Below, in pieces: positions 20,061 to 29,894 of a stretch of 64,000 bases of DNA. Where the stretch lies: contig OZ244188.1 of NCBI GenBank assembly GCA_965216635.1, forward strand, positions 1,184,001-1,248,000, written 5' to 3'. The position numbers were made by a program, and so were the translations under genes. Origin of the DNA: a bacterium. GTDB taxonomy: Bacteria > SAR324 > XYD2-FULL-50-16 > G965216635. Numbering within the stretch: position 1 is the stretch's first letter; every line of letters starts with the position of its first letter. The notes below the pieces were generated by a model. That model did not search any database, was not told where the DNA came from, and was given only the letters and a program-made list of their open reading frames with translations.

Positions 20061-20065
20061 AAAAA

Positions 20066-20917
20066 TTATTTGAATTGTTCTTTAGGAATATTACTAACAA
20101 AATCAGCAACATATTTATCCGCAGGTTTTAAAATAATATCGCGTGGCTTTCCAATCTGTATGATTTTACCATCTCGCATAATAGCAATACGGTCACCAAT
20201 TTTTATAGCTTCATCAAGGTCGTGTGTGATAAATAAAGTGGTTTTTTTCATTTTAGCTGAAATCTCCATAAATTGATCTTGAAGTTGTCTACGAATAAGA
20301 GGATCCAAAGCACTAAAAGGTTCATCCATTAATAAAATATCAGTATCTGATACTAAAGCTCTAGCTAATCCAACCCGCTGTTGCATTCCACCTGAAAGTT
20401 CTTGAATAAATTTATTACCCCACCCATTGAGATTAACCATTTCCAGTGTTTTTTCCGCAATTTCTATACGTTTACTTTTATTGACGCCACGAATCTCTAG
20501 CGGTAGAGCAACATTATCATAAATAGAACGATGAGGCATTAAAGCGAAATTTTGAAAAACCATAGAAATGGTTTGATTTCTAAAATGTTGTATTTTTTTG
20601 TCTGAAATTGAAAGAATATCTTCATCATTAACATAAATTTTTCCAAAGGTAGGTTCTAATAGACGATTGATGTGTCTGACAAGAGTTGATTTGCCGCTAC
20701 CAGATAAACCCATAATACAAAAAATTTCTCCTTTCTCAACTTTGAAACTAACATCTTCAACTCCAACAACGCAGTTATATTTTTCTAGGACTTTCTTTTT
20801 TTGTATTTTATTTTTTTGAATATCATCAAATGCTTCTCGCCATCTTTCTCCAAAAATTTTCCAAACTTTTTCAGCCCTTACAGAATAAATGGGTTTTTGT
20901 TTTTTTGACATAATCAT
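20066..20917 (-). CDS. Betaine/proline-type ABC ATPase (ProV-like, no CBS domains)
   Basis: GLSGSGKS, LSGGMQQRVGLARAL, MDEPFSALDPLIR, ITHDLDEA. Confidence 0.95.
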   Translation of the reverse strand: MIMSKKQKPIYSVRAEKVWKIFGERWREAFDDIQKNKIQKKKVLEKYNCVVGVEDVSFKVEKGEIFCIMGLSGSGKSTLVRHINRLLEPTFGKIYVNDEDILSISDKKIQHFRNQTISMVFQNFALMPHRSIYDNVALPLEIRGVNKSKRIEIAEKTLEMVNLNGWGNKFIQELSGGMQQRVGLARALVSDTDILLMDEPFSALDPLIRRQLQDQFMEISAKMKKTTLFITHDLDEAIKIGDRIAIMRDGKIIQIGKPRDIILKPADKYVADFVSNIPKEQFK

Positions 20918-21007
20918 AACAGACGAGTGCTGTTTAATTTTGGGTAGAGTCTACAAATGCAAATTTTGGGTAGCGTTCACAGATGTAAATGTAAATGTAA
21001 ATTGTGG

Positions 21008-21047
21008 GTAGAGTTTAATGTGTTTATAATAAACCATTAAACTCTAC
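21008..21047. terminator. Stem-loop after the substrate-binding protein gene
   Basis: GTAGAGTTTAATG ... CATTAAACTCTAC 13-bp inverted repeat. Confidence 0.5.
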
Positions 21048-21059
21048 TGAAAAGATTAA

Positions 21060-22022
21060 TTATAAACCCAACCAACTATCAACACGTTTAGAATTCTTAC
21101 GAACCCATTCTGCAATTACTTCTTCTGCTTTCTTGCCTTTGGAAGTTTGATATACCCATCCACCAACATCATCTGAAGTCAATTTGATATTTGCTACAAG
21201 TTTCGCTATTCCGGGAGATCTTTTTTTAAGTGATTTTGAATAAGCAATTTGCACTTTTTTAACAGCATCAGCCGAGCTAACTTTAGAGAGTTTATACCAA
21301 TCAGGACTTTCTGCTGGTTGAACCACTTTATATTTTGCTGGGTTGTGTTTTGGTTCTGACAAACGAACAACGTCGTATAAAAACCAAATAGAATGAGGAG
21401 AATAACAATAAAAAGCAAATCCTTGTTTCTTTTTGATAGACTCGCCAACTTTTGCAACCATTACGCTTTGTTCAGCCCGAATAGGCTCTATAAAAGGTAG
21501 TAGACCATAATCTCTAACTTTTATTTCATTGACATTAGCAGATGCCCAGCCTGGTGCACCAATCCAGATTTCACCTTTGCCGTTACCGTCAGAATCCATC
21601 TTCTTTGCAATCTCTGGCCTTGCCAAATCAAAAATAGAAGTGACTTTATTTTTTTTGGAGAACGTTTTAGTCACACAAAAACTCTGTACTCCTTTATAAG
21701 AATTTTTGCTTAAAACAACTGTTTTTCTACTATCAACATACTTTTTTGTAAAAGTTTCTTGATTAGGTAACCATACATCAGGATGGATATCAATTGCTCC
21801 TTTTCCTTGATCCATAGCTTGAAAAATAGTCGCATTTGTTCCTGGGGCAAATTCAGCTTGACCCCCTAATTTTTTAGTAACAACTTCGTGAATCAAATGT
21901 GCAATGGCTTGAGCCCCTGCCCAACTTGGAACACCAATACTCACTTTTTCTACTGCTTGTATTGGAATAGTAAATAGGCATAAATATGCTATTACTAAAT
22001 ACTTCGATATAATACGTTTCAT
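21060..22022 (-). CDS. Betaine-family (OpuAC/ProX-like) ABC substrate-binding protein
   Basis: Signal peptide, DIHPDVWLPN, DSDGNGKGEIWIGAPGW, FYCYSPH, C-terminal W..N..RVDSWL. Confidence 0.9.
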   Translation of the reverse strand: MKRIISKYLVIAYLCLFTIPIQAVEKVSIGVPSWAGAQAIAHLIHEVVTKKLGGQAEFAPGTNATIFQAMDQGKGAIDIHPDVWLPNQETFTKKYVDSRKTVVLSKNSYKGVQSFCVTKTFSKKNKVTSIFDLARPEIAKKMDSDGNGKGEIWIGAPGWASANVNEIKVRDYGLLPFIEPIRAEQSVMVAKVGESIKKKQGFAFYCYSPHSIWFLYDVVRLSEPKHNPAKYKVVQPAESPDWYKLSKVSSADAVKKVQIAYSKSLKKRSPGIAKLVANIKLTSDDVGGWVYQTSKGKKAEEVIAEWVRKNSKRVDSWLGL

Positions 22023-22586
22023 TTTAATCTCTTGAGAAAATTATAAATTAAAAAAAAGCAATATAAATTTTTAAAATCTATAAAGCTAAGATTGCTAGAC
22101 CTTTGAATTTCGCTGCTGTGGAGGCTAGGCAAATGGTTAGAAAAGTGCAAAAAAAATTTTAACGCTGCAAAATTCCAACACTGCATAGTCTAAACAAAAT
22201 GCAAAATCAAAAATCTAGGTTCCAGTATAAAATTTTTTAATATATATGTCAATAGCTTTTTTGAGAATAATATACAGAAAAATAAAAAAGCTAGTAAATA
22301 CAAAGAAAATACCCTGTTACCGTTTATAAGAACTTTAACTAAAAACAACCTAGCACCAATAATAAGAGAGACCTTTTGAATTAGTGTTATGTTTATTTAA
22401 ACTAGGCAAGGCAAAATGTGTAACCAAGTTAGTATCTATCTTTTTTCATCAAAACACAGCAAATTACCCATTAAATTAAAATATTCAAGATATTTTTAAA
22501 GAAAATCAAATTATTTCCCTTGACTTTTTTAATAAACTATAATAAAAAATACAACGATTGGGAATATTGAGTTCAATCTAATACTA

Positions 22587-22678
22587 TAGACTTTTGAATT
22601 TGCGTTCTGTTTAGCCTATGCAGCGTTAAAATTTTTTTGCCTTGCCTAGCCGTCACATAACGCAAATTCAAAGGTCTA
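22587..22678. mobile_element. MITE-like element copy
   Basis: TAGACTTTTGAATTTGCGTT ... AACGCAAATTCAAAGGTCTA. Confidence 0.7.
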
Positions 22679-22742
22679 TACAATTTAGGTTGTTATTTTT
22701 CCCCGTTTTATCTTTAATTTAAACAAAAATAGGAGATACATT

Positions 22743-22988
22743 ATGCATAAAGAATATTGGAAAAAAACAAGAGGCTTAATGCTATTTATTTTAGCGTTAT
22801 GGTTTTTCTTTAGTTTTTTTATCCATTTTTTTGTTGATTCCCTTAATAATATAACATTTATTGGCTTTCCGCTTGGGTTTTACTTTGCGTCCCAAGGATC
22901 TTTGATAGCCTTTGTTATTATTATTTTTTACTACGCAAAAAAACAAAACAAAATTGACCAAAAATTCGGGGTCAGTGAAGATAACTAA
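22743..22988 (+). CDS. DUF4212 small subunit of a sodium:solute symporter
   Basis: YW....L, GFPLGFYFASQGSL, D.KFGV.E; RBS AGGAG upstream. Confidence 0.9.
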   Translation: MHKEYWKKTRGLMLFILALWFFFSFFIHFFVDSLNNITFIGFPLGFYFASQGSLIAFVIIIFYYAKKQNKIDQKFGVSEDN

Positions 22989-22999
22989 CAGGAGGCAAT

Positions 23000-24763
23000 A
23001 TGAAAAAAAATAAAGATTTTACCCAAAATTTAGGTAAAATATATTCCATCTATACAGGTGGGTTTTTAGGGTTTGTAGCTGTTTTAGCTGTTTTGGAGCA
23101 GCTAGGAGTACCTAATCAATACATAGGCTACGCTTTTATATTCCTTACTATTGGGGTATATGCGGCTATTGGGATTCTTGCAAGAACCTCCCATATTCCA
23201 GAGTATTATGTAGCTGGTAGAAAAGTTCCTCCCGTCTTTAACGGTATGGCAACAGGAGCAGATTGGATGTCTGGAGCTTCTTTTGTCGGTATGGCTGGGA
23301 GTTTGTTTGTCTTAGGCTACGATGGCTTTTCTTTTGTGCTTGGCTGGACAGGTGGTTATATTTTAGTAGCTATCTTGCTTGCCCCTTATTTGAGAAAATT
23401 TGGCGCCTACACTGTGCCAGACTTTTTAGGAGAAAGATACGGTGGAAACACAGCTCGGATTACAGGTATTGTGGTGCTTTTTTTCTGTTCTTTTACCTAT
23501 GTGACAGCACAGATTTACGCTACAGGGATTATTTCTACAAGATTTTTAGGAATTCCGTTTGAAATTGCTGTATTCATTGGTTTGTGTGGTATTTTAGTTT
23601 GCTCTATGCTTGGAGGTATGCGGGCTGTAACTTGGACTCAAGTCGCCCAGTATATCATATTAATCATAGCTTACTTGATTCCTGTAGTTATTCTATCTGT
23701 CAAAGTGACAGGCGTGCCTATACCCCAGTTGATGTATGGAACAGCGGTAGAACAAATTACAGCTCTAGAAGGCACTTTGGGTATTGTCCAAGCTCACGCA
23801 ACGCCTTTTACAAATTATGATCCTAAAAATTACTTCTTGTTGATTTTCTGTTTAATGGCTGGAACTGCGTCTTTACCTCATGTACTGATGCGTTTTTTTA
23901 CTACACCTAGTGTAAAAGCAGCGAGAGTATCTGTAGCTTGGTCTTTGTTTTTTATTTTCTTGCTTTACTTCACTGCTCCCGCTTATGCAGCTTTTGCTAA
24001 ATTAGAAATCTATTCTAATGTATTGGGTCAGGAAATCACATCTTTACCGAGTTGGGTTAAGAGTTGGTCTGAAGTAGCAGGTTTATTAAAAATTAACGAC
24101 CTGAACGGTGACGGTATCTTGCAATTTAAGGAATTGACTATCAACCGAGATATTATTGTATTAGCAACCCCTGAAATTGCTGGGCTACCTTATGTAGTTG
24201 CTGGTTTGGTTGCTGCTGGTGGTTTGGCAGCAGCTCTTTCTACAGCTGATGGGCTACTTTTGGCTATTGCAAACGCTTTGAGTCACGACATCTATTACAA
24301 GATGATCAACCCACGAGCGAATGCCAAAGCCAGATTACTCGCAGCTCGTATTGTCTTAATTGGAGTAGCTATTTTAGCAGCCGCTCTAGCAAGCACAAAA
24401 CCGGCAGACATACTCTCGATGGTTGCTATGGCATTCTCCATAGCAGCAAGCGGATTGTTTGCTCCCTTGGTATTGGGAATATGGTGGAAACGAGCGAACA
24501 AGGAAGGGGCAGTTCTAGGTATGATTAGTGGATTTGTAGTTTGTATGTATTATATTATTTCAACCCACCAAACTTTTGGTATTCAAAACGAATTGTGGTT
24601 TGGAGTAAATACAATATCTGCTGGAAGCTTTGGTATACCTGTTTCTTTTGCTGTAATGATTATTGTGAGTTTGCTTACAAAAGCTCCAGAAGCAGAAGTG
24701 CAACAGATGGTAGAAGAATTAAGAATTCCAGCAGGTGAAACTGTTATAAAGGAACAACACTAA
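23000..24763 (+). CDS. Sodium:solute symporter (ActP/VC_2705-like)
   Basis: YYVAGR.VPPVFNGMATGADWMSGASF, GGMRAVTWTQVAQY, GTASLPHVLMRFFT, AAALSTADGLLL. Confidence 0.95.
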   Translation: MKKNKDFTQNLGKIYSIYTGGFLGFVAVLAVLEQLGVPNQYIGYAFIFLTIGVYAAIGILARTSHIPEYYVAGRKVPPVFNGMATGADWMSGASFVGMAGSLFVLGYDGFSFVLGWTGGYILVAILLAPYLRKFGAYTVPDFLGERYGGNTARITGIVVLFFCSFTYVTAQIYATGIISTRFLGIPFEIAVFIGLCGILVCSMLGGMRAVTWTQVAQYIILIIAYLIPVVILSVKVTGVPIPQLMYGTAVEQITALEGTLGIVQAHATPFTNYDPKNYFLLIFCLMAGTASLPHVLMRFFTTPSVKAARVSVAWSLFFIFLLYFTAPAYAAFAKLEIYSNVLGQEITSLPSWVKSWSEVAGLLKINDLNGDGILQFKELTINRDIIVLATPEIAGLPYVVAGLVAAGGLAAALSTADGLLLAIANALSHDIYYKMINPRANAKARLLAARIVLIGVAILAAALASTKPADILSMVAMAFSIAASGLFAPLVLGIWWKRANKEGAVLGMISGFVVCMYYIISTHQTFGIQNELWFGVNTISAGSFGIPVSFAVMIIVSLLTKAPEAEVQQMVEELRIPAGETVIKEQH

Positions 24764-24777
24764 TTCGTTATAAAGGC

Positions 24778-24810
24778 TGGAGTGATTTTTTAAATCATTC
24801 CAGTTTTTAT
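24778..24810 (+). terminator. Probable intrinsic terminator
   Basis: CTGGAGTGATTT ... AAATCATTCCAG followed by TTTTT. Confidence 0.5.
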
Positions 24811-24818
24811 CTACCTCT

Positions 24819-25139
24819 ATGAAAAATTTTGATCTTAGTTACTGGCTAGATTATCCTACACTAACCGTCCCCAATTTTATTTTAGCTATAATCATTTGGA
24901 CATTTTTTGGAAGATTTATATTAGATCTAGCCATTCCATCCTATGCAAATAACTATATTAGTAACTTTTTCCACAAACTAACGAATCCCTTTATTCGTAT
25001 ATTCCGCCCCATCACACCAAGTTTTTTACACCCTCTGTTTGTATTGCTCTATATACCCTTTTTGTTGTTTGTATTGCGAATCTTAAATTTTATTATACAC
25101 TTCCAACTAGGAGTAAAGCTTCTTTCAGACGATCATTAA
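24819..25139 (+). CDS. Small membrane protein (YggT-like)
   Basis: PNFILA..IWT..GRF.L, NYI..FF.KLTNPFI..FRPITP. Confidence 0.7.
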   Translation: MKNFDLSYWLDYPTLTVPNFILAIIIWTFFGRFILDLAIPSYANNYISNFFHKLTNPFIRIFRPITPSFLHPLFVLLYIPFLLFVLRILNFIIHFQLGVKLLSDDH

Positions 25140-25188
25140 AAATCCTTTCTTTTTAAATTCTTTTCTTTTTTTATAGGGCATAACTAAA

Positions 25189-25264
25189 GAGACCTTTGAA
25201 TTAGTGTTAAACGATGCCTAAAAAGGCTAAAGCCACCAAAACAGAACGCAAATTCAAAAGTCTA
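25189..25264. mobile_element. MITE-like element copy
   Basis: GAGACCTTTGAATT ... GCAAATTCAAAAGTCTA; another copy follows at about 25372-25514. Confidence 0.6.
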
Positions 25265-25541
25265 TAGTCAATAGATTTTTTGGGGAATAATATACAGAAA
25301 AATAAAAAAGCTAGTAAATACAAGAAAAACACTTTGTATATTTTCCAAATTGGGCTATATTGTCTCTTTTAGAAACCTTTGAATTAGGCATTCTAGTTCG
25401 GCTATACTGCGGTGTTCCAAGTTTTTTATTTCTTAAAATACTCCAGTATTACTCTTGGGTAAAAAACTTTTGCTCCTTGTCTAGCTTTCCTATAATGCTA
25501 AAGTTCAAAGATCTCTTGTTATTAACAACCGAAATATTAAT

Positions 25542-26954
25542 ATGAAAATTCAAAATATTGATACAAGTCTTTATAACGAAGACTTGGCACCTACTAGTCC
25601 AGAAAAAAGGACTTGGGGTTGGTTTGAGATATTCAATGTCTGGTCTAATGATATTCAAAGTCTTTTTGGATATACCTTGGCAGCATCATTGTTTTTAGCT
25701 TATGGATTGAACGGATGGGCAGTTTTTGCTGCCATTATTATAGCTGGTTTCTTTGTAATGTGGTTGGTCAATCTATCCGGCAGACCAAGTGTGAAATATG
25801 GAATTCCTTATCCCGTTTTTGCCCGTGCAAGTATGGGAGTTAGAGGAGCTAATTTTCCAGCGATGATACGAGCTGTTGTAGCTGTTTTTTGGTATGGAGC
25901 TCAGACTTATTTTGCTTCAACTGCAATAGATTTGTTGATCAGAGCTGTTTTTGGTGGAAGCACAGAGCCAGTATTTTTAGGGTTGAGTGCAACAGGATGC
26001 ATAGCTTTCTTATTGGTTTGGCTATTTCAAATCTATCTGTTTTGGAATGGTGTAGAATGGATTAAGAAATTCCTTAATTTTGCGGGGCCTGCAGTCTACG
26101 TAGTTATGATTGCTTTACTCGTCTTTGTCTGGGTAAAATCAGAAGGAAATTTATTATCAGAAGTGGGTAGCATTTTTAGAGGATCAGGTAACTATGATGG
26201 AGGTTCTTTTGCAGCTTTTGTCGCTATTTTAGGCACTATGATTGCCTATTTTGCGGCTGTTGTTATTAACTTTGGTGATTTTTCTAGATTTGTTAAAAAT
26301 GAACAACAGATGAAAAAAGGTAATCTACTAGGACTTCCTTTAAATATTGCAATATTTTCTTTTATTGCTTTGTTTTTAACAGCAGGGACTGTAGTTCTTT
26401 TTGGCGAACAAATTACCAATCCATCAGACATTGTTGCTAAGGTAGATAATATAGTTCTAACAATCGTCGCAGCATTGACTTTCTTTGCTGCTACTGTAGG
26501 GATTAATCTGGTAGCAAACTTTATCCCACCAGCGTACGATTTAGCGAATTTAATGCCAAGTAAAATCAATTTTAGAGTAGGTGGTATGATTGCTTCTATT
26601 GCAGCGCTCATTATTGGTGGCTTATGGGTAGCTGTGATTAGCAAAATTGGTATATTTAATTTTGTGAATACCTTAGGGGCAATTCTAGCTCCTGCTTATG
26701 GTATTATGATTGTTGACTACTATAAGCTAAAAAACCAGAATTTGGATATACAACAGTTATTTTCTGGTGATAAAAATGGTGCTTACTACTACAATGGCGG
26801 TTGGAACATAAGAGCTATTGTTACTTTTGTTGTCGCTGGTATATTTTCTGTAGCTTCTGTATGGGCTCCACAGCTTAGCTCCCTTTCTGGGTTTGCGTGG
26901 GTTATTGGGGCGGTCTTAGGTGCTGCTATATATTTTGTGATGGCTAAAAGATAG
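25542..26954 (+). CDS. NCS1 nucleobase:cation symporter
   Basis: LYNEDLAP, W.ND, KYGIPYPVFARASMG.RGA, NFGDFSRF, INLVANF. Confidence 0.93.
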   Translation: MKIQNIDTSLYNEDLAPTSPEKRTWGWFEIFNVWSNDIQSLFGYTLAASLFLAYGLNGWAVFAAIIIAGFFVMWLVNLSGRPSVKYGIPYPVFARASMGVRGANFPAMIRAVVAVFWYGAQTYFASTAIDLLIRAVFGGSTEPVFLGLSATGCIAFLLVWLFQIYLFWNGVEWIKKFLNFAGPAVYVVMIALLVFVWVKSEGNLLSEVGSIFRGSGNYDGGSFAAFVAILGTMIAYFAAVVINFGDFSRFVKNEQQMKKGNLLGLPLNIAIFSFIALFLTAGTVVLFGEQITNPSDIVAKVDNIVLTIVAALTFFAATVGINLVANFIPPAYDLANLMPSKINFRVGGMIASIAALIIGGLWVAVISKIGIFNFVNTLGAILAPAYGIMIVDYYKLKNQNLDIQQLFSGDKNGAYYYNGGWNIRAIVTFVVAGIFSVASVWAPQLSSLSGFAWVIGAVLGAAIYFVMAKR

Positions 26955-26959
26955 TCTCC

Positions 26960-27003
26960 AAAAAAAAAGCAGGTTGTTCTATCTAGAACAACCTGCCCTT
27001 TTT
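26960..27003. terminator. Bidirectional intrinsic terminator
   Basis: A-tract, GCAGGTTGTTCT/AGAACAACCTGC hairpin, then T-tract, between convergent genes. Confidence 0.8.
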
Positions 27004-27031
27004 CTTTAAGTTGGTAAAAACTAACCAAAGT

Positions 27032-28564
27032 TTATCCCATAGCCATCTTTTCTTGGCACAATCCCTTGTGTAAGGAAACAACCATTAACAGCAGGATAAT
27101 CGCAAATGGAAAACCAGCTGCAATAGAACTTGATCGTAACGCTCCTAATCCTCCACTAACCAAAAGCACTGCAGCTACTACACCTTCCGCACTAGCCCAA
27201 AATACTTTTTGAATAACTGGTGGATGAAGATTTCCGCCTGAAGTAATGGTATCTACTACCAAAGAACCAGAATCCGAAGAAGTTACAAAAAAGGTAACAA
27301 TGACAATCACCATCAAAAATGAAGTGATTTCAGCAAATGGAAGTGTAGATAACAATTCAAACATAGCTGTAGCTACATTATTTTTTACTGCATCTATAAT
27401 TCCTCCTCCGCTATGAAGCTCTGTGTATAAAGCTGTTCCTCCGAAAACGGTCAACCAAATAGAACTTACAAAAGTAGGCACAAATAAAACTCCACCTACA
27501 AATTGACGAATCGTTCTACCTTTGGAAATACGAGCAATAAACATCCCTACAAATGGAGACCAGGCTATCCACCAAGCCCAATAAAAAACAGTCCATTCGT
27601 GTTGCCAACCTGCTTCTACAGGTCCATAGGATTCTGTCCAAGTAGATAAAGCAATAAGATTCGTCAAATAAGTACCTATATTTTGACCTAAAGAATCAAC
27701 TAAGAATAGAGTAGGCCCAACTATAAACACAAAAACTACAAGCATAAGTGCTAAATAGACATTGAATTGACTGAGCAGTTTCACCCCCTTTTTAAGTCCA
27801 GTAACTACAGAGATTATGGCAATACCAGTGATAATGGCTATTAAGATAACCTGTACTGCCACACTACTCTCAGCTATGCCAAAAAGCTTTGTTAAGCCCG
27901 CATTGACTTGTTGTGCTCCTAATCCTAATGAAGTAGCTAATCCAAAAATAGTGGCAAAAACCGCTATAATATCAATTAGATGTCCCCAAAATCCGTAAAT
28001 TTTATCTCCAATTAGTGGATAAAAAGCAGATCTTGGAGTTAGAGGCAAACCTTTATTGAAGCAAAAGAAAGCTAATGCTAAACCAATAATAGCGTAAATT
28101 GCCCAAGCGTGAAAACCCCAGTGAAAAATAGTCACTGCCATCGCTACTTGTGCTGAGGCTCCTGTACTTCCTTCCACACCAAAAAGGCTAGGAGGTCCAA
28201 TAAAATGCCACATAGGCTCTCCTACACTCCAAAACACAAGACCTATTCCCATACCAGCACTAAATAACATCGCAAACCAAGCTGTAGTGGAAAATTCAGG
28301 TTCCGCATTCTTTCCGCCAAGGCGGATAGAACCGAATTTACTGAAGAACAGATAACCTGTATATACCAAGAAGATATTCGCGGCGGCTATAAAAAACCAG
28401 CCCATTCCAGCTGATAAACTGCTTAGAATACCTCCAGAAACACCAGCAAGACTTTTATTTGCTATAACACCCCAAAGGACAAAAGCAGTAGTTACTACTG
28501 CCGACACCCAAAAAACAGTGGGTTGTATAGACAATCCACCTGATTTTGTTGTTTTTAGTTCCAT
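27032..28564 (-). CDS. BCCT-family transporter
   Basis: WFAMLFSAGMGIGL, FHWG.HAW, WTVFYWAWWIAWSPFVGMFIARISKGRT, TSSDSG. Confidence 0.96.
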   Translation of the reverse strand: MELKTTKSGGLSIQPTVFWVSAVVTTAFVLWGVIANKSLAGVSGGILSSLSAGMGWFFIAAANIFLVYTGYLFFSKFGSIRLGGKNAEPEFSTTAWFAMLFSAGMGIGLVFWSVGEPMWHFIGPPSLFGVEGSTGASAQVAMAVTIFHWGFHAWAIYAIIGLALAFFCFNKGLPLTPRSAFYPLIGDKIYGFWGHLIDIIAVFATIFGLATSLGLGAQQVNAGLTKLFGIAESSVAVQVILIAIITGIAIISVVTGLKKGVKLLSQFNVYLALMLVVFVFIVGPTLFLVDSLGQNIGTYLTNLIALSTWTESYGPVEAGWQHEWTVFYWAWWIAWSPFVGMFIARISKGRTIRQFVGGVLFVPTFVSSIWLTVFGGTALYTELHSGGGIIDAVKNNVATAMFELLSTLPFAEITSFLMVIVIVTFFVTSSDSGSLVVDTITSGGNLHPPVIQKVFWASAEGVVAAVLLVSGGLGALRSSSIAAGFPFAIILLLMVVSLHKGLCQEKMAMG

Positions 28565-28897
28565 AATTCATTTTTTTTTTAATTAAAATAAAAGAAACTT
28601 AAATAAAGTTTCTAAAAAACAGAGTCACTATATACTAAATTCTTTAAAAAAGCAAATTTAGGTGAAAAAAGTTCGCATTTTTGACTAAATCTCTTAAATT
28701 TCCAAAACTTTGCTAAAGATAAAGTGTATTTTTGGAATAAAAAATTTTATTTTGAACTTTAAATTAGTGTTTTGTTTGGCAATACGCAGTGTTTTCAAAA
28801 AATTTTTATTTTACTTTTTTACTTTTTTAAGCTACTGTTTTATAACCAAAAAGGTTGTATTAGCCTTTAAACTATAAAAAATCCTAAAGAAATAATT

Positions 28898-29485
28898 ATG
28901 AAAAAAAACAAACAGCAAGAAAGATTTAATCAAAAAAACAACCCTTTTAGTTCACCAAAAGCATGTTCTGATTGCCATCAAAGAGTTGCGATTGGTGAGA
29001 AATTTAAAAAGAGAAATATTTTTTTACTCATACTAGGAATCCCTCTTATCTACATCCCTTTCTTCTTAGGTTCGTGGATTGCTTTATACTTTATTGGAAT
29101 AACTTGCTACGGCCACTTGAAATTAATGGGAGCTAGCAACAGTCTTAAGAAACTGAAAGATTTTATGCCAGACTCTCAGTCTCATCGTTATAGCTACAAA
29201 ACACAAATCACCACAGGAGTTTGGTGTTCTTTGAAACGTTCTAAATTATTTTGGCTATTCAATTGCACTTGGTATTGCCCTATAAGTGTTGCCTTATTAG
29301 AATGGTGTAGTTATCTAGTAAAAGTTGTAGAAGTATGGTGGTGTCCATTCCATCACAGTAAAAAAGAAACTTATGTTCCTATTTCTCAATCATTTTGGCA
29401 TTTGAATAAAAAAAATACAGACAAGATGCATCCAGAAGATAGAAATAATCCTATATTTGTAGATACAACAAAAGAGTTAGAGTAA
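28898..29485 (+). CDS. Hypothetical Cys/Trp-rich membrane protein
   Basis: 195 aa; hydrophobic segment, NCTWYCP and WWCPFHH motifs. Confidence 0.65.
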   Translation: MKKNKQQERFNQKNNPFSSPKACSDCHQRVAIGEKFKKRNIFLLILGIPLIYIPFFLGSWIALYFIGITCYGHLKLMGASNSLKKLKDFMPDSQSHRYSYKTQITTGVWCSLKRSKLFWLFNCTWYCPISVALLEWCSYLVKVVEVWWCPFHHSKKETYVPISQSFWHLNKKNTDKMHPEDRNNPIFVDTTKELE

Positions 29486-29552
29486 ACCTTTTGAATCAGT
29501 TTATTCCATTCAAAGCCATTGCATTGGTACTATGTGATGGTAGGCAATAGTC

Positions 29553-29831
29553 TCACTTTTCTAAAATAGCAGTCAATCTTGCTTTTTCTCTGCGGGCTCT
29601 TTCTTGGATTCTTTCATTAGCGGGGTGAAAGTGAATTTTATCAAAGCTGATTTTTTTTTCGTGCAGACGGAAAAGTAGCTCGTTCATAAAAGACTGTGCA
29701 ATAATCCTCATATCTTTACATTCAATAGTTATTTCTGTATCCGATGACGTAATTTCTTTAGCAACCAATTCTTCTGCTAGACTACGGCCTGATAAAAATC
29801 TACCAATTTTGTGTAACTGTAAAGTTTTCAT
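29553..29831 (-). CDS. STAS-like (DUF4325-type) protein
   Basis: Likely start at MKTLQL; LSGRSLA..., ITIEC.DM...AQSFMNELL pattern. Confidence 0.65.
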   Translation of the reverse strand: MKTLQLHKIGRFLSGRSLAEELVAKEITSSDTEITIECKDMRIIAQSFMNELLFRLHEKKISFDKIHFHPANERIQERARREKARLTAILEK

Positions 29832-29894
29832 TTTTTGATATTTCAAATAATTATTTCTTTTATCTATATTTTTTAAAAATCCTTTTGTCAAATT

